NCBI GenBank assembly: GCA_032718475.1
Contig: JAUCBJ010003602.1
Span: forward strand, 112,059-176,058
Source: Nemertoderma westbladi
Lineage: Eukaryota; Animalia; Xenacoelomorpha
Length of the DNA: 64,000 bases
Reading direction: 5' to 3'
Part shown: positions 13,301 to 26,775 of the stretch, in pieces
How positions within the stretch are numbered: the first letter of the stretch is position 1
How the letters are laid out: every line of letters starts with the position of its first letter
The notes under the pieces: model-generated
What the model saw: only the letters and a program-made list of their open reading frames with translations
The model's database searches: none
What the model was told of the DNA's origin: nothing
Made by a program: the position numbers and the translations under genes

Positions 13301-16300
13301 CAACCAATCAAATGTAAAGGTTTGTACATACAACCAATCAAATGTAAAGGTTTGTACATACAACCAATCAAATGTAAAGGTTTGTACATGCAACCAATCA
13401 AATGTAAAGGTTTGTACATACAACCAATCAAATGCAAAGGTTTGTACATACAACCAATCAAATTCAAAGGTTTGTACATACAACCAATCAAATGTAAAGG
13501 TTTGTACATGCAACCAATGTAAAGGTTTGTACATACAGTACAACCAATGTAAAGGTTTTTTACATACAACCAATCAAATGTAAAGGTTTGTACATACAAC
13601 CAATCAAATGTAAAGGTTTGTACATACAACCAATCAAATGCAAAGGTTTGTACATACAACCAATCAAATGTAAAGGTTTGTACATACAACCAATCAAATG
13701 CAAAGGTTTGTACATACAACCAATCAAATGTAAAGGTTTGTACATACAACCAATCAAATGTAAAGGTTTGTACATACAACCAATCAAATATAAAGGTTTG
13801 TACATACAACCAATCAAATGTAAAGGTTTGTACATACAACCAATCAAATGTAAAGGTTTGTACATGCAACCAATCAAATGTAAAGGTTTGTACATACAAC
13901 CAATCAAATGTAAAGGTTTGTACATACAACCAATCAAATATAAAGGTTTGTACATACAACCAATCAAATGTAAAGGTTTGTACATACAACCAATCAAATG
14001 TAAAGGTTTGTACATGCAACCAATCAAATGTAAAGGTTTGTACATACAACCAATCAAATGTAAAGGTTTGTACATACAACCAATCAAATATAAAGGTTTG
14101 TACATACAACCAATCAAATGTAAAGGTTTGTACATACAACCAATCAAATGTAAAGGTTTGTACATACAACCAATCAAATGTAAAGGTTTGTACATACAAC
14201 CAATCAAATGTAAAGGTTTGTACATACAACCAATCAAATGTAAAGGTTTGTACATACAACCAATCAAATGTAAAGGTTTGTACATGCAACCAATCAAATG
14301 TAAAGGTTTGTACATGCAACCAATCAAATGTAAAGGTTTGTACATACAACCAATCAAATGTATAGGTTTGTACATACAACCAATCAAATATAAAGGTTTG
14401 TACATACAACCAATCAAATGTAAAGGTTTGTACATACAACCAATCAAATGTAAAGGTTTGTACATGCAACCAATCAAATGTAAAGGTTTGTACATTCAAC
14501 CAATCAAATGTAAATGTTTGTACATACAACCAATCAAATGTAAAGGTTTGTACATGCAACCAATCAAATGTAAAGGTTTGTACATACAACCAATCAAATG
14601 TAAATGTTTGTACATACAACCAATCAAATGTAAAGGTTTGTACATGCAACCAATCAAATGTAAAGGTTTGTACATACAACCAATCAAATGTAAATGTTTG
14701 TACATACAACCAATCAAATGTAAAGGTTTGTACATGCAACCAATCAAATGTAAAGGTTTGTAAATACAACCAATCAAATGTAAAGGTTTGTACATACAAC
14801 CAATCAAATGCAAAGGTTTGTACATACAACCAATCAAATATAAAGGTTTGTACATACAACCAATCAAATGTAAAGGTTTGTACATACAACCAATCAAATG
14901 TAAAGGTTTGTACATACAACCAATCAAATGTAAAGGTTTGTACATACAACCAATCAAATGTAAAGGTTTGTACATGCAACCAATCAAATGTAAAGGTTTG
15001 TACATACAACCAATCAAATGCAAAGGTTTGTACATACAACCAATCAAATTCAAAGGTTTGTACATACAACCAATCAAATGTAAAGGTTTGTACATGCAAC
15101 CAATGTAAAGGTTTGTACATACAGTACAACCAATGTAAAGGTTTTTTACATACAACCAATCAAATGTAAAGGTTTGTACATACAACCAATCAAATGTAAA
15201 GGTTTGTACATACAACCAATCAAATGCAAAGGTTTGTACATACAACCAATCAAATGTAAAGGTTTGTACATACAACCAATCAAATGCAAAGGTTTGTACA
15301 TACAACCAATCAAATGTAAAGGTTTGTACATACAACCAATCAAATGTAAAGGTTTGTACATACAACCAATCAAATATAAAGGTTTGTACATACAACCAAT
15401 CAAATGTAAAGGTTTGTACATACAACCAATCAAATGTAAAGGTTTGTACATACAACCAATCAAATGTAAAGGTTTGTACATACAACCAATCAAATGTAAA
15501 GGTTTGTACATACAACCAGTCAAATGTAAAGGTTTTTTACATACAACCAATCAAATGTAAAGGTTTGTACATACAACCAATCAAATGTAAAGGTTTGTAC
15601 ATACAACCAATCAAATGCAAAGGTTTGTACATACAACCAATCAAATTCAAAGGTTTGTACATACAACCAATCAAATGTAAAGGTTTGTACATGCAACCAA
15701 TGTAAAGGTTTGTACATACAGTACAACCAATGTAAAGGTTTTTTACATACAACCAATCAAATGTAAAGGTTTGTACATACAACCAATCAAATGTAAAGGT
15801 TTGTACATACAACCAATCAAATGTAAAGGTTTGTACATACAACCAATCAAATGTAAAGGTTTGTACATACAACCAATCAAATGTAAAGGTTTGTACATAC
15901 AACCAATCAAATGTAAAGGTTTGTACATACAACCAATCAAATGTAAAGGTTTGTACATGCAACCAATCAAATGTAAAGGTTTGTACATACAACCAATCAA
16001 ATGTAAAGGTTTGTACATACAACCAATCAAATATAAAGGTTTGTACATACAACCAATCAAATGTAAAGGTTTGTACATACAACCAATCAAATGTAAAGGT
16101 TTGTACATGCAACCAATCAAATGTAAAGGTTTGTACATACAACCAATCAAATGTAAAGGTTTGTACATACAACCAATCAAATATAAAGGTTTGTACATAC
16201 AACCAATCAAATGTAAAGGTTTGTACATACAACCAATCAAATGTAAAGGTTTGTACATACAACCAATCAAATGTAAAGGTTTGTACATACAACCAATCAA

Positions 16301-19300
16301 ATGTAAAGGTTTGTACATACAACCAATCAAATGTAAAGGTTTGTACATACAACCAATCAAATGTAAAGGTTTGTACATGCAACCAATCAAATGTAAAGGT
16401 TTGTACATGCAACCAATCAAATGTAAAGGTTTGTACATACAACCAATCAAATGTATAGGTTTGTACATACAACCAATCAAATATAAAGGTTTGTACATAC
16501 AACCAATCAAATGTAAAGGTTTGTACATACAACCAATCAAATGTAAAGGTTTGTACATGCAACCAATCAAATGTAAAGGTTTGTACATTCAACCAATCAA
16601 ATGTAAATGTTTGTACATACAACCAATCAAATGTAAAGGTTTGTACATGCAACCAATCAAATGTAAAGGTTTGTACATACAACCAATCAAATGTAAATGT
16701 TTGTACATACAACCAATCAAATGTAAAGGTTTGTACATGCAACCAATCAAATGTAAAGGTTTGTACATACAACCAATCAAATGTAAATGTTTGTACATAC
16801 AACCAATCAAATGTAAAGGTTTGTACATGCAACCAATCAAATGTAAAGGTTTGTAAATACAACCAATCAAATGTAAAGGTTTGTACATACAACCAATCAA
16901 ATGCAAAGGTTTGTACATACAACCAATCAAATATAAAGGTTTGTACATACAACCAATCAAATGTAAAGGTTTGTACATACAACCAATCAAATGTAAAGGT
17001 TTGTACATACAACCAATCAAATGTAAAGGTTTGTACATACAACCAATCAAATGTAAAGGTTTGTACATGCAACCAATCAAATGTAAAGGTTTGTACATAC
17101 AACCAATCAAATGCAAAGGTTTGTACATACAACCAATCAAATTCAAAGGTTTGTACATACAACCAATCAAATGTAAAGGTTTGTACATGCAACCAATGTA
17201 AAGGTTTGTACATACAGTACAACCAATGTAAAGGTTTTTTACATACAACCAATCAAATGTAAAGGTTTGTACATACAACCAATCAAATGTAAAGGTTTGT
17301 ACATACAACCAATCAAATGCAAAGGTTTGTACATACAACCAATCAAATGTAAAGGTTTGTACATACAACCAATCAAATGCAAAGGTTTGTACATACAACC
17401 AATCAAATGTAAAGGTTTGTACATACAACCAATCAAATGTAAAGGTTTGTACATACAACCAATCAAATATAAAGGTTTGTACATACAACCAATCAAATGT
17501 AAAGGTTTGTACATACAACCAATCAAATGTAAAGGTTTGTACATACAATCAATCAAATGTAAAGGTTTGTACATACAACCAATCAAATGTAAATGTTTGT
17601 ACATACAACCAGTCAAATGTAAAGGTTTTTTACATACAACCAATCAAATGTAAAGGTTTGTACATACAACCAATCAAATGTAAAGGTTTGTACATACAAC
17701 CAATCAAATGCAAAGGTTTGTACATACAACCAATCAAATTCAAAGGTTTGTACATACAACCAATCAAATGTAAAGGTTTGTACATGCAACCAATGTAAAG
17801 GTTTGTACATACAGTACAACCAATGTAAAGGTTTTTTACATACAACCAATCAAATGTAAAGGTTTGTACATACAACCAATCAAATGTAAAGGTTTGTACA
17901 TACAACCAATCAAATGTAAAGGTTTGTACATACAACCAATCAAATGTAAAGGTTTGTACATACAACCAATCAAATGTAAAGGTTTGTACATACAACCAAT
18001 CAAATGTAAAGGTTTGTACATACAACCAATCAAATGTAAAGGTTTGTACATACAACCAATCAAATGTAAAGGTTTGTACATGCAACCAATCAAATGTAAA
18101 TGTTTGTACATACAACCAATCAAATGTAAAGGTTTGTACATGCAACCAATCAAATGTAAAGGTTTGTACATACAACCAATCAAATGTAAAGGTTTGTACA
18201 TACAACCAATCAAATGTAAAGGTTTGTACATGCAACCAATCAAATGTAAAGGTTTGTACATACAACCAATCAAATGTAAAGGTTTGTACATACAACCAAT
18301 CAAATGTAAAGGTTTGTACATACAACCAATCAAATGTAAAGGTTTGTACATACAACCAATCAAATGTAAAGGTTTGTACATGCAACCAATGTAAAGGTTT
18401 GTACATACAGTACAACCAATGTAAAGGTTTTTTACATACAACCAATCAAATGTAAAGGTTTGTACATACAACCAATCAAATGTAAAGGTTTGTACATACA
18501 ACCAATCAAATGTAAAGGTTTGTACATACAACCAATCAAATGTAAAGGTTTGTACATACAACCAATCAAATGTAAAGGTTTGTACATACAACCAATCAAA
18601 TGTAAAGGTTTGTACATACAACCAATCAAATGTAAAGGTTTGTACATACAACCAATCAAATGTAAAGGTTTGTACATACAACCAATCAAATGTAAAGGTT
18701 TGTACATACAACCAGTCAAATGTAAAGGTTTTTTACATACAACCAATCAAATGTAAAGGTTTGTACATACAACCAATCAAATGTAAAGGTTTGCACATAC
18801 AACCAATCAAATGCAAAGGTTTGTACATACAACCAATCAAATTCAAAGGTTTGTACATACAACCAATCAAATGCAAAGGTTTGTACATGCAACCAATGTA
18901 AAGGTTTGTACATACAGTACAACCAATGTAAAGGTTTTTTACATACAACCAATCAAATGTAAAGGTTTGTACATACAACCAATCAAATGTAAAGGTTTGT
19001 ACATACAACCAATCAAATGTAAAGGTTTGTACATACAACCAATCAAATGTAAAGGTTTGTACATACAACCAATCAAATGTAAAGGTTTGTACATACAACC
19101 AATCAAATGTAAAGGTTTGTACATACAACCAATCAAATGTAAAGGTTTGTACATACAACCAATCAAATGTAAAGGTTTGTACATGCAACCAATCAAATGT
19201 AAATGTTTGTACATACAACCAATCAAATGTAAAGGTTTGTACATGCAACCAATCAAATGTAAAGGTTTGTACATACAACCAATCAAATGGAAATGTTTGT

Positions 19301-21115
19301 ACATACAACCAATCAAATGTAAAGGTTTGTACATGCAACCAATCAAATGTAAAGGTTTGTACATACAACCAATCAAATGTAAATGTTTGTACATACAACC
19401 AATCAAATGTAAAGGTTTGTACATGCAACCAATCAAATGTAAAGGTTTGTACATACAACCAATCAAATGTAAATGTTTGTACATACAACCAATCAAATGT
19501 AAAGGTTTGTACATGCAACCAATCAAATGTAAAGGTTTGTACATACAACCAATCAAATGTAAAGGTTTGTACATACAACCAATCAAATGCAAAGGTTTGT
19601 ACATACAACCAATCAAATGTAAAGGTTTGTACATGCAACCAATCAAATGTAAAGGTTTGTACATACAACCAATCAAATGCAAAGGTTTGTACATACAACC
19701 AATCAAATTCAAAGGTTTGTACATACAACCAATCAAATGTAAAGGTTTGTACATGCAACCAATGTAAAGGTTTGTACATACAGTACAACCAATGTAAAGG
19801 TTTTTTACATACAACCAATCAAATGTAAAGGTTTGTACATACAACCAATCAAATGTAAAGGTTTGTACATACAACCAATCAAATGCAAAGGTTTGTACAT
19901 ACAACCAATCAAATGTAAAGGTTTGTACATACAACCAATCAAATGCAAAGGTTTGTACATACAACCAATCAAATGTAAAGGTTTGTACATACAACCAATC
20001 AAATGTAAAGGTTTGTACATACAACCAATCAAATATAAAGGTTTGTACATACAACCAATCAAATGTAAAGGTTTGTACATACAACCAATCAAATGTAAAG
20101 GTTTGTACATACAACCAATCAAATGTAAAGGTTTGTACATACAACCAATCAAATGTAAAGGTTTGTACATACAACCAGTCAAATGTAAAGGTTTTTTACA
20201 TACAACCAATCAAATGTAAAGGTTTGTACATACAACCAATCAAATGTAAAGGTTTGTACATACAACCAATCAAATGCAAAGGTTTGTACATACAACCAAT
20301 CAAATTCAAAGGTTTGTACATACAACCAATCAAATGTAAAGGTTTGTACATGCAACCAATGTAAAGGTTTGTACATACAGTACAACCAATGTAAAGGTTT
20401 TTTACATACAACCAATCAAATGTAAAGGTTTGTACATACAACCAATCAAATGTAAAGGTTTGTACATACAACCAATCAAATGTAAAGGTTTGTACATACA
20501 ACCAATCAAATGTAAAGGTTTGTACATACAACCAATCAAATGTAAAGGTTTGTACATACAACCAATCAAATGTAAAGGTTTGTACATACAACCAATCAAA
20601 TGTAAAGGTTTGTACATACAACCAATCAAATGTAAAGGTTTGTACATACAACCAATCAAATGTAAAGGTTTGTACATGCAACCAATCAAATGTAAATGTT
20701 TGTACATACAACCAATCAAATGTAAAGGTTTGTACATGCAACCAATCAAATGTAAAGGTTTTTTACATACAACCAATCAAATGTAAAGGTTTGTACATAC
20801 AACCAATCAAATGTAAAGGTTTGTACATACAACCAATCAAATGTAAAGGTTTGTACATACAACCAATCAAATGTAAAGGTTTGTACATACAACCAATCAA
20901 ATGTAAAGGTTTGTACATACAACCAATCAAATGTAAAGGTTTGTACATGCAACCAATCAAATGTAAAGGTTTGTACATACAACCAATCAAATGTAAAGGT
21001 TTGTACATACAACCAATCAAATGTAAAGGTTTGTACATACAACCAATCAAATGTAAAGGTTTGTACATACAACCAATCAAATGTAAAGGTTTGCACATAC
21101 AACCAATCAAATGTA
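7400..21115. repeat. 30-bp satellite, ~450 units, consensus TACAACCAATCAAATGTAAAGGTTTGTACA, with higher-order repeats
   Basis: Directly visible tandem array; diagnostic variants recur at fixed offsets (983, 1586, 1829 and 2093 bp). Confidence 0.99.
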
Positions 21116-21290
21116 TTTCATAATTTTGGAACAAAAATATTCAACTAGTAAATGATTAAATGATTTTTATATTTAAATTTAAAACTGTAACTTGGGATTA
21201 ATTAGGACCATTGTGTTACGCAAGTAAAAGTAAAACCATCATAATGTGCAATAAACCAACATCAAAACCAATATACATCCGTGTGTCTAG

Positions 21291-21322
21291 GTTGGCTTCT
21301 AAAGCAGCCAACCGCACCACCT
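21291..21322 (+). CDS. Putative exon, PH-domain beta1 (GWLLKQPTAPP) of the MPRIP-like gene
   Basis: tctag|GT acceptor and |gtatgc donor; ends in phase 0 and joins KWQKRWF to give a typical PH start, GWLxKQ...KWQKRWF. Confidence 0.5.
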
Positions 21323-21629
21323 GTATGCGCGAAACTATGATATTAAACAGATAAAATCTAAAAATCCGACAAAAGCTCGTATTTTTCCGGACGTTTTATC
21401 AGATAATTTTTCAGTTGATAGTAATATTAATCCACCAATGTCTCGTAAAGTACCCAGTACAGCGCATTTAAGCACGATCGATTTTATTCCGGTAAGGATT
21501 TTAACTTATTTAAATAAATTGCCCAATAAGTCAAGTAGGACGGACACCAGACAACTTACCGTGTTTATTGTTTAAACGTTTATCTTTATGTTTAGCTGCC
21601 CCTTTATCCGTTATAAAGTCTCGTTTGAA

Positions 21630-24623
21630 TGGACGAGTTTACTGCGGAAGATCACCCATGGTGGTGAACAGGCATTCCTTTAGGTAACATAGTGGAATGG
21701 TTTACTGTGGAAGATCACCCATGGTGGTGAACAGGCATTTCTTTAGGACACAGAGTGGAAGGGTTTACTGTGGAAGATCACCCATGGTGGGGAACAGGCA
21801 TTTCTTTAGGACACAGAGTGGAATGGTTTACTATGGAAGATCACCCATGGTGGTGAACAGGCATTTCTTTAGGACACAGAGTGGAATGGTTTACTATGGA
21901 AGATCACCCATGGTGGTGAACAGGCATTTCTTTAGGACACAGAGTGGAAGGGTTTACTGTGGAAGATCACCCATGGTGGGGAACAGGCATTTCTTTAGGA
22001 CACAGAGTGGAATGGTTTACTATGGAAGATCACCCATGGTGGTGAACAGGCATTTCTTTAGGACACAGAGTGGAAGGGTTTACTGTGGAAGATCACCCAT
22101 GGTGGGGAACAGGCATTTCTTTAGGACACAGAGTGGAATGGTTTACTATGGAAGATCACCCATGGTGGTGAACAGGCATTTCTTTAGGACACAGAGTGGA
22201 ATGGTTTACTATGGAAGATCACCCATGGTGGTGAACAGGCATTTCTTTAGGACACAGAGTGGAATGGTTTACTATGGAAGATCACCCATGGTGGTGAACA
22301 GGCATTTCTTTAGGACACAGAGTGGAAGGGTTTACTGTGGAAGATCACCCATGGTGGGGAACAGGCATTTCTTTAGGACACAGAGTGGAATGGTTTACTA
22401 TGGAAGATCACCCATGGTGGTGAACAGGCATTTCTTTAGGACACAGAGTGGAATGGTTTACTATGGAAGATCACCCATGGTGGTGAACAGGCATTTCTTT
22501 AGGACACAGAGTGGAATGGTTTACTATGGAAGATCACCCATGGTGGTGAACAGGCATTTCTTTAGGACACAGAGTGGAATGGTTTACTATGGAAGATCAC
22601 CCATGGTGGTGAACAGGCATTTCTTTAGGACACAGAGTGGAATGGTTTACTATGGAAGATCACCCATGGTGGGGAACAGGCATTTCTTTAGGACACAGAG
22701 TGGAAGGGTTTACTATGGAAGATCACCCATGGTGGGGAACAGGCATTAACTTAGGAAACAGAGTGGAAGGGTTTACTGTGGAAGATAACCTATGGTGGTG
22801 AACAGGTATTCCTTTAGGAAACAGAGAAGAAGGGTTTACTGTGGAAGATCACCCATGGCAGTGAACAGGCATTCCTTTAGGAAACAGAGAAGAAGGGTTT
22901 ACTGTGGAAGATCACCCATGGCAGTGAACAGGCATTCCTTTAGGACACAGAGTGGAAGGTTTTACTGTGGAAGATCACCCATGGTGGTGAACAGGCATTC
23001 CTTTAGGAAACAGAGTGGAAGGTTTTACTGTGGAAGATCACCCATGGTGGTGAAGGCATTCCTTTAGGAAACAGAGTGGAAGGGTTTACTATGGAAGATC
23101 ACCCATGGTAGTGAACAGGCATTCCTTTAGGAAACAGAGTGGAAGGGTTTACTATGGAAGATCACCCATGGTGGTGAACAGGCATTCCTTTAGGAAACAG
23201 AGTGGAAGGGTTTACTGTGGAAGATCACCCATTGTGGTGAACAGGCATTCCTTTAGGAAACAGAGAAGAAGAGTTTACTGTGGAAGATCACCCACGGTAG
23301 TGAACAGGCATTCCTTTAGGACACAGAGTGGAAGGGTTTACTATGGAAGATCACCCATGGTGGTGAACAGGCATTGCTTTAGGAAACAGAGTGGAAGGGT
23401 TTACTATGGAAGATCACCCATGGTGGTGAACAGGCATTCCTTTAGGAAACAGAGTGGAAGGGTTTACTATGGAAGATCGCCCATGGTGGGGAACAGGCAT
23501 TCCATTAGGAAACAGAGTGGAAGGGTTTACTGTGGAAGATCACCCATGGTGGTGTACAGGCATTCCTTTAGGACACAGAGTGGAAGGGTTTACTATGGAA
23601 GATCACCCATGGTGGGGAACAGGCATTTCTTTAGGACACAGAGTGGAAGGGTTTACTATGGAAGATCACCCATGGTGGGGAACAGGCATTCCTTTAGGAA
23701 ACAGAGAAGAAGGGTTTACTGTAGAAGATCACCCATGGTAGTGAACAGGCATTCCTTTAGGACACAGAGTGGAAGGGTTTACTATGGAAGATCACCCATG
23801 GTGGGGAACAGGCATTCCTTTAGGAAAAGAGTGGAAGGGTTTACTGTGGAAGATCACCGATGGTGGTGAACAGGCATTCCTTTAGGACAGGCATTCCTTT
23901 AGGAAACATAGTGGAAGGGTTTACTGTGGAAGATCACCCATGGTAGTGAACAGGCATTCCTTTAGGACACAGAGTGGAAGGGATTACTATGGAAGATCAC
24001 CCATGGTGGTGAACAGGCATTCCTTTAGGTAACAGAGTGGAAGGGTTTACTGTGGAAGATCACCCATGGTATTGAACAGGCATTCATTCAGGACACAGAG
24101 TGGAAGGGATTACTATGGAAGATCACCCATGGTGGTGAACAGGCATTCCTTTAGGAAACAGAGAAGAAGGGTTTACTATGGAAGATCACCCATGGTAGTG
24201 AACAGGCATTCCTTCAGGACACAGAGTGGAAGGGTTTACTATGGAAGATCACCCATGGTGGTGAACAGGCATTCCTTTAGGAAACAGAGTGGAAGGGTTT
24301 ACTATGGAAGATCACCCATGGTGGTGAACAGGCATTCATTTAGGAAACAGAGAAGAAGGGTTTACTATGGAAGATCACCCATGGTAGTGAACAGGCATTC
24401 CTTCAGGACACAGAGTGGAAGGGTTTACAATGGAAGATCACCCATGGTGGTGAACCGGCATTCCTTTAGGAAACAGAGTGGAAGGGTTTACTATGGAAGA
24501 TCACCCATGGTGGTGAACAGGCATTCCTTTAGGAAACAGAGTGGAAGGGTTTACTGTGGAAGATCACCCATGGTGGTGAACAGGCACTCCTTGGCTTAAC
24601 GAGCCTAAAAGATTCTCCCATTC
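21630..24623 (+). repeat. 63-bp tandem array (~47 units) with a SINE-like 3' tail, flanked by a 17-bp TSD
   Basis: Unit TTAGGAMACAGAGTGGAAKGGTTTACTRTGGAAGATCACCCATGGTGGTGAACAGGCATTYCT; ATAAAGTCTCGTTTGAA at 21613-21629 and 24624-24640. Confidence 0.95.
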
Positions 24624-24740
24624 ATAAAGTCTCGTTTGAAACACACGCACTTCCGTCTATATGGCTTAAAGCCAATATAATTCCACTCTTTAAGAAGGGG
24701 GACCCGTGTGACCCATATAATTACAGACCCATTTCACTAA

Positions 24741-24970
24741 AGGCCATGATACACCACAGAAGCGGCGAGCGGCAGCGGCGAGCGGCCGCTGCGAGCGGCC
24801 ACTTTTTAAAAATAGAACAGATTATTTTCTATGGGTGATGATACACCACAAATGGCTGCTGCCGCTCGCCGCTCCTATAGTGTATCATACTAAAAGTCGC
24901 CGCTCACATCGGCCGCTCGCCGCGGCCGCCCGCCGCTGCCGCACGCCGCTCCAGTGGTGTATCGTGGCCT
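24741..24970. mobile_element. 230-bp MITE, PIF/Harbinger-like
   Basis: TIRs AGGCCATGATACACCACAGAAGCGGCG / CGCCGCTCCAGTGGTGTATCGTGGCCT; TAA and TTA flanks; removing the element plus 3 bp restores RPISL-TC in the CR1 RT. Confidence 0.85.
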
Positions 24971-25230
24971 TTACATGTATTGCATGTAAATTGATGGAAA
25001 TGTGTGTTAAAAACGAACTTGTGAATTACTTACGTGTTAATAATTTGATTAGTAAGGCCCAGCATGGGTTTTTACAAGGTAAATCTACCAATACACAACT
25101 TTTGGAATGCATTACCGATTGGTACAATATTGTAGATAGGCGTCGTAATCTCTATATAATATATATCGACTTTGCCTTTGACTCTCTCGTGCATTCTAAT
25201 ATTGACAGAAACCAATAATATTTATTCCAG

Positions 25231-25314
25231 AAATGGCAGAAACGCTGGTTTGCTTTGTATGAAAGCGGTGAGCTAACATTCTCGCTGGATGACCAAGCTG
25301 ATACATTAATACAG
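25231..25314 (+). CDS. MPRIP: Exon of PH-domain protein, MPRIP/TRIOBP/Outspread-like
   Basis: ttattccag|KWQKRWFALYESGELTFSLDDQADTLIQ|gtacag; resembles the N-terminal PH domain of MPRIP as recalled (KWQRRFFILYEHGLLRYALDE..TLPQ). Confidence 0.8.
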
Positions 25315-25700
25315 GTACAGTGGCACGATGCAATGGAATAATATTCACTATTTAAGTGGTGGCAAAAAACGTCGTTTTATTTGTTGTAAGACTTCTCTCA
25401 CTTTTATCTGGGCCTATTTCAGCATAAATATCGTCCATCGAAACTTCTTCCATAGATACGGGCATTACTATACCTTGGGTACCCATTGTATGGCCAATTT
25501 TTTCATATAAAAAGGCTTTCATCATGAGGTTTTTTTTTCTAGAACAAATATTTGACCTTCTGTCAGTAGTATGGTATTTTTTTCCAAAAAATGTTCTAGA
25601 AAAAAATGTGTTACTTTACTTTTAAAACAAACATTTACTGCAAATTACGTCTCGTCATTGCTACATGCCTACATGTATTATTATCGATAATTAATATAAT

Positions 25701-26584
25701 ACTAGAAAGCCAGCAAGCTGGCTTTAAACGAACCTGCCCCTCAATCTAGTACCCTGAGTGAGCGAAAATGAAAACAAGAAAATTGCCATCAACTCAACGA
25801 TAAAAACACCAGCTGCTGGTACTCATGAGGGCCTAGTAAGCTTCTACTAGTTATTGAATGTATAGCCCAAACTGCACAGAAGTATATTACTTGCCAAATT
25901 TATTACTCCCTCACTCTATCCCAGACAGTAATCAAACATCAACTGTTAGTTTGTATAATGTATTACCCCTCCAGCTGAATAGCTCTTCCCAGTGAATCCT
26001 ATGGGAATATCATTGTAAGCACTGGGCCGTTGAAATGTTTTATAGGTTGATGATAATGAATGAGGAAGGACCCAACTAACACTACGTTTGTCTATGGACG
26101 GTCTCCTTATAGCCGCTTGATGGCTTTTCTAGTTGAATCATATTATTCTGCAACCAATAATTTACTCTTTTAGACGAATTAGTGCGTTTTTTTTGCCGGA
26201 CTAACAAATTTTGGCGACGTTATGTACGAGAGCGATATTTGACAAGATTCTGAGGCTCAAACATGTTGCTCAAATGACTGAATAGCCCAAATAAAAAAGT
26301 TGGTGCCTACTCGTCGAGTTGAAATTGGTGAAATTCAACTTTAAATTTTCAAAACCGCTATTTTTCAGTGAACCTGTGATCGAAACGCCACAAAAAATAT
26401 ACAGTCTTGTGCGCAACCAAAATTTATGGAGAGTTTGTTATTAAAATGTTTGCGTACGTGCTTGAGTTTTTGAGATATTGGATGGTTATACATACATATA
26501 TACACACACAACCACATCGTGTTTTTAAACGGCTCAACTCTTGACAAGAACAACCCTGGCCTATTAATAGGCAGGTTCGTTATA
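25701..26584 (-). mobile_element. Non-autonomous Helentron/Helitron2-like element
   Basis: Subterminal IRs AACGAACCTGCC (25727-25738) and GGCAGGTTCGTT (26570-26581); hairpin AAAGCCAGC-AA-GCTGGCTTT next to a terminal CTAG; short (AC)/(ATAC) microsatellite; AT-rich flanks. Confidence 0.65.
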
Positions 26585-26622
26585 AATCTAATATTATAAT
26601 ATAATAATAATACTTATAACAG

Positions 26623-26775
26623 GGAAGTATCACCATGTACGACGTTACAGCTGTGCGATCAGCCAATGAAATCACTGGATTTCCACATTCACTTCTCGTA
26701 ACAACAGACAGGCAAACGTTGTACTTGAGATGCAGTAGCAGTGAAGAACATAACTGGTGGTTGGATTTATTAAAG
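26623..26775 (+). CDS. MPRIP: Exon completing the PH domain
   Basis: ataacag|GSITMYDVTAVRSANEITGFPHSLLVTTDRQTLYLRCSSSEEHNWWLDLLK|gtatta; phase 0/0; conserved Trp of the PH C-terminal helix. Confidence 0.85.

Larger units (their letters stand above)
21340..25200 (+). mobile_element. Degenerate CR1-clade LINE RT fragment split by two nested insertions
   Basis: Pieces read PDNLPCLLFKRLSLCLAAPLSVI / KVSFETHALPSIWLKANIIPLFKKGDPCDPYNYRPISL / TCIACKLME...KAQHGFLQGKSTNTQLLE...YIDFAFDS once the inserts are removed. Confidence 0.85.

Noticed and set aside
7268-21134. Dozens of long ORFs (YIQPIKCKGL, YVQTFTFDWL, MYKPLHLIGC repeats)
   Set aside because: By-products of a stop-free 30-bp unit; open on both strands and freely frameshifted
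21697-24599. RTQSGMVYYGRSPMVVNRHFF repeat protein
   Set aside because: Translation of a 63-bp SINE-derived array with internal stops and indels
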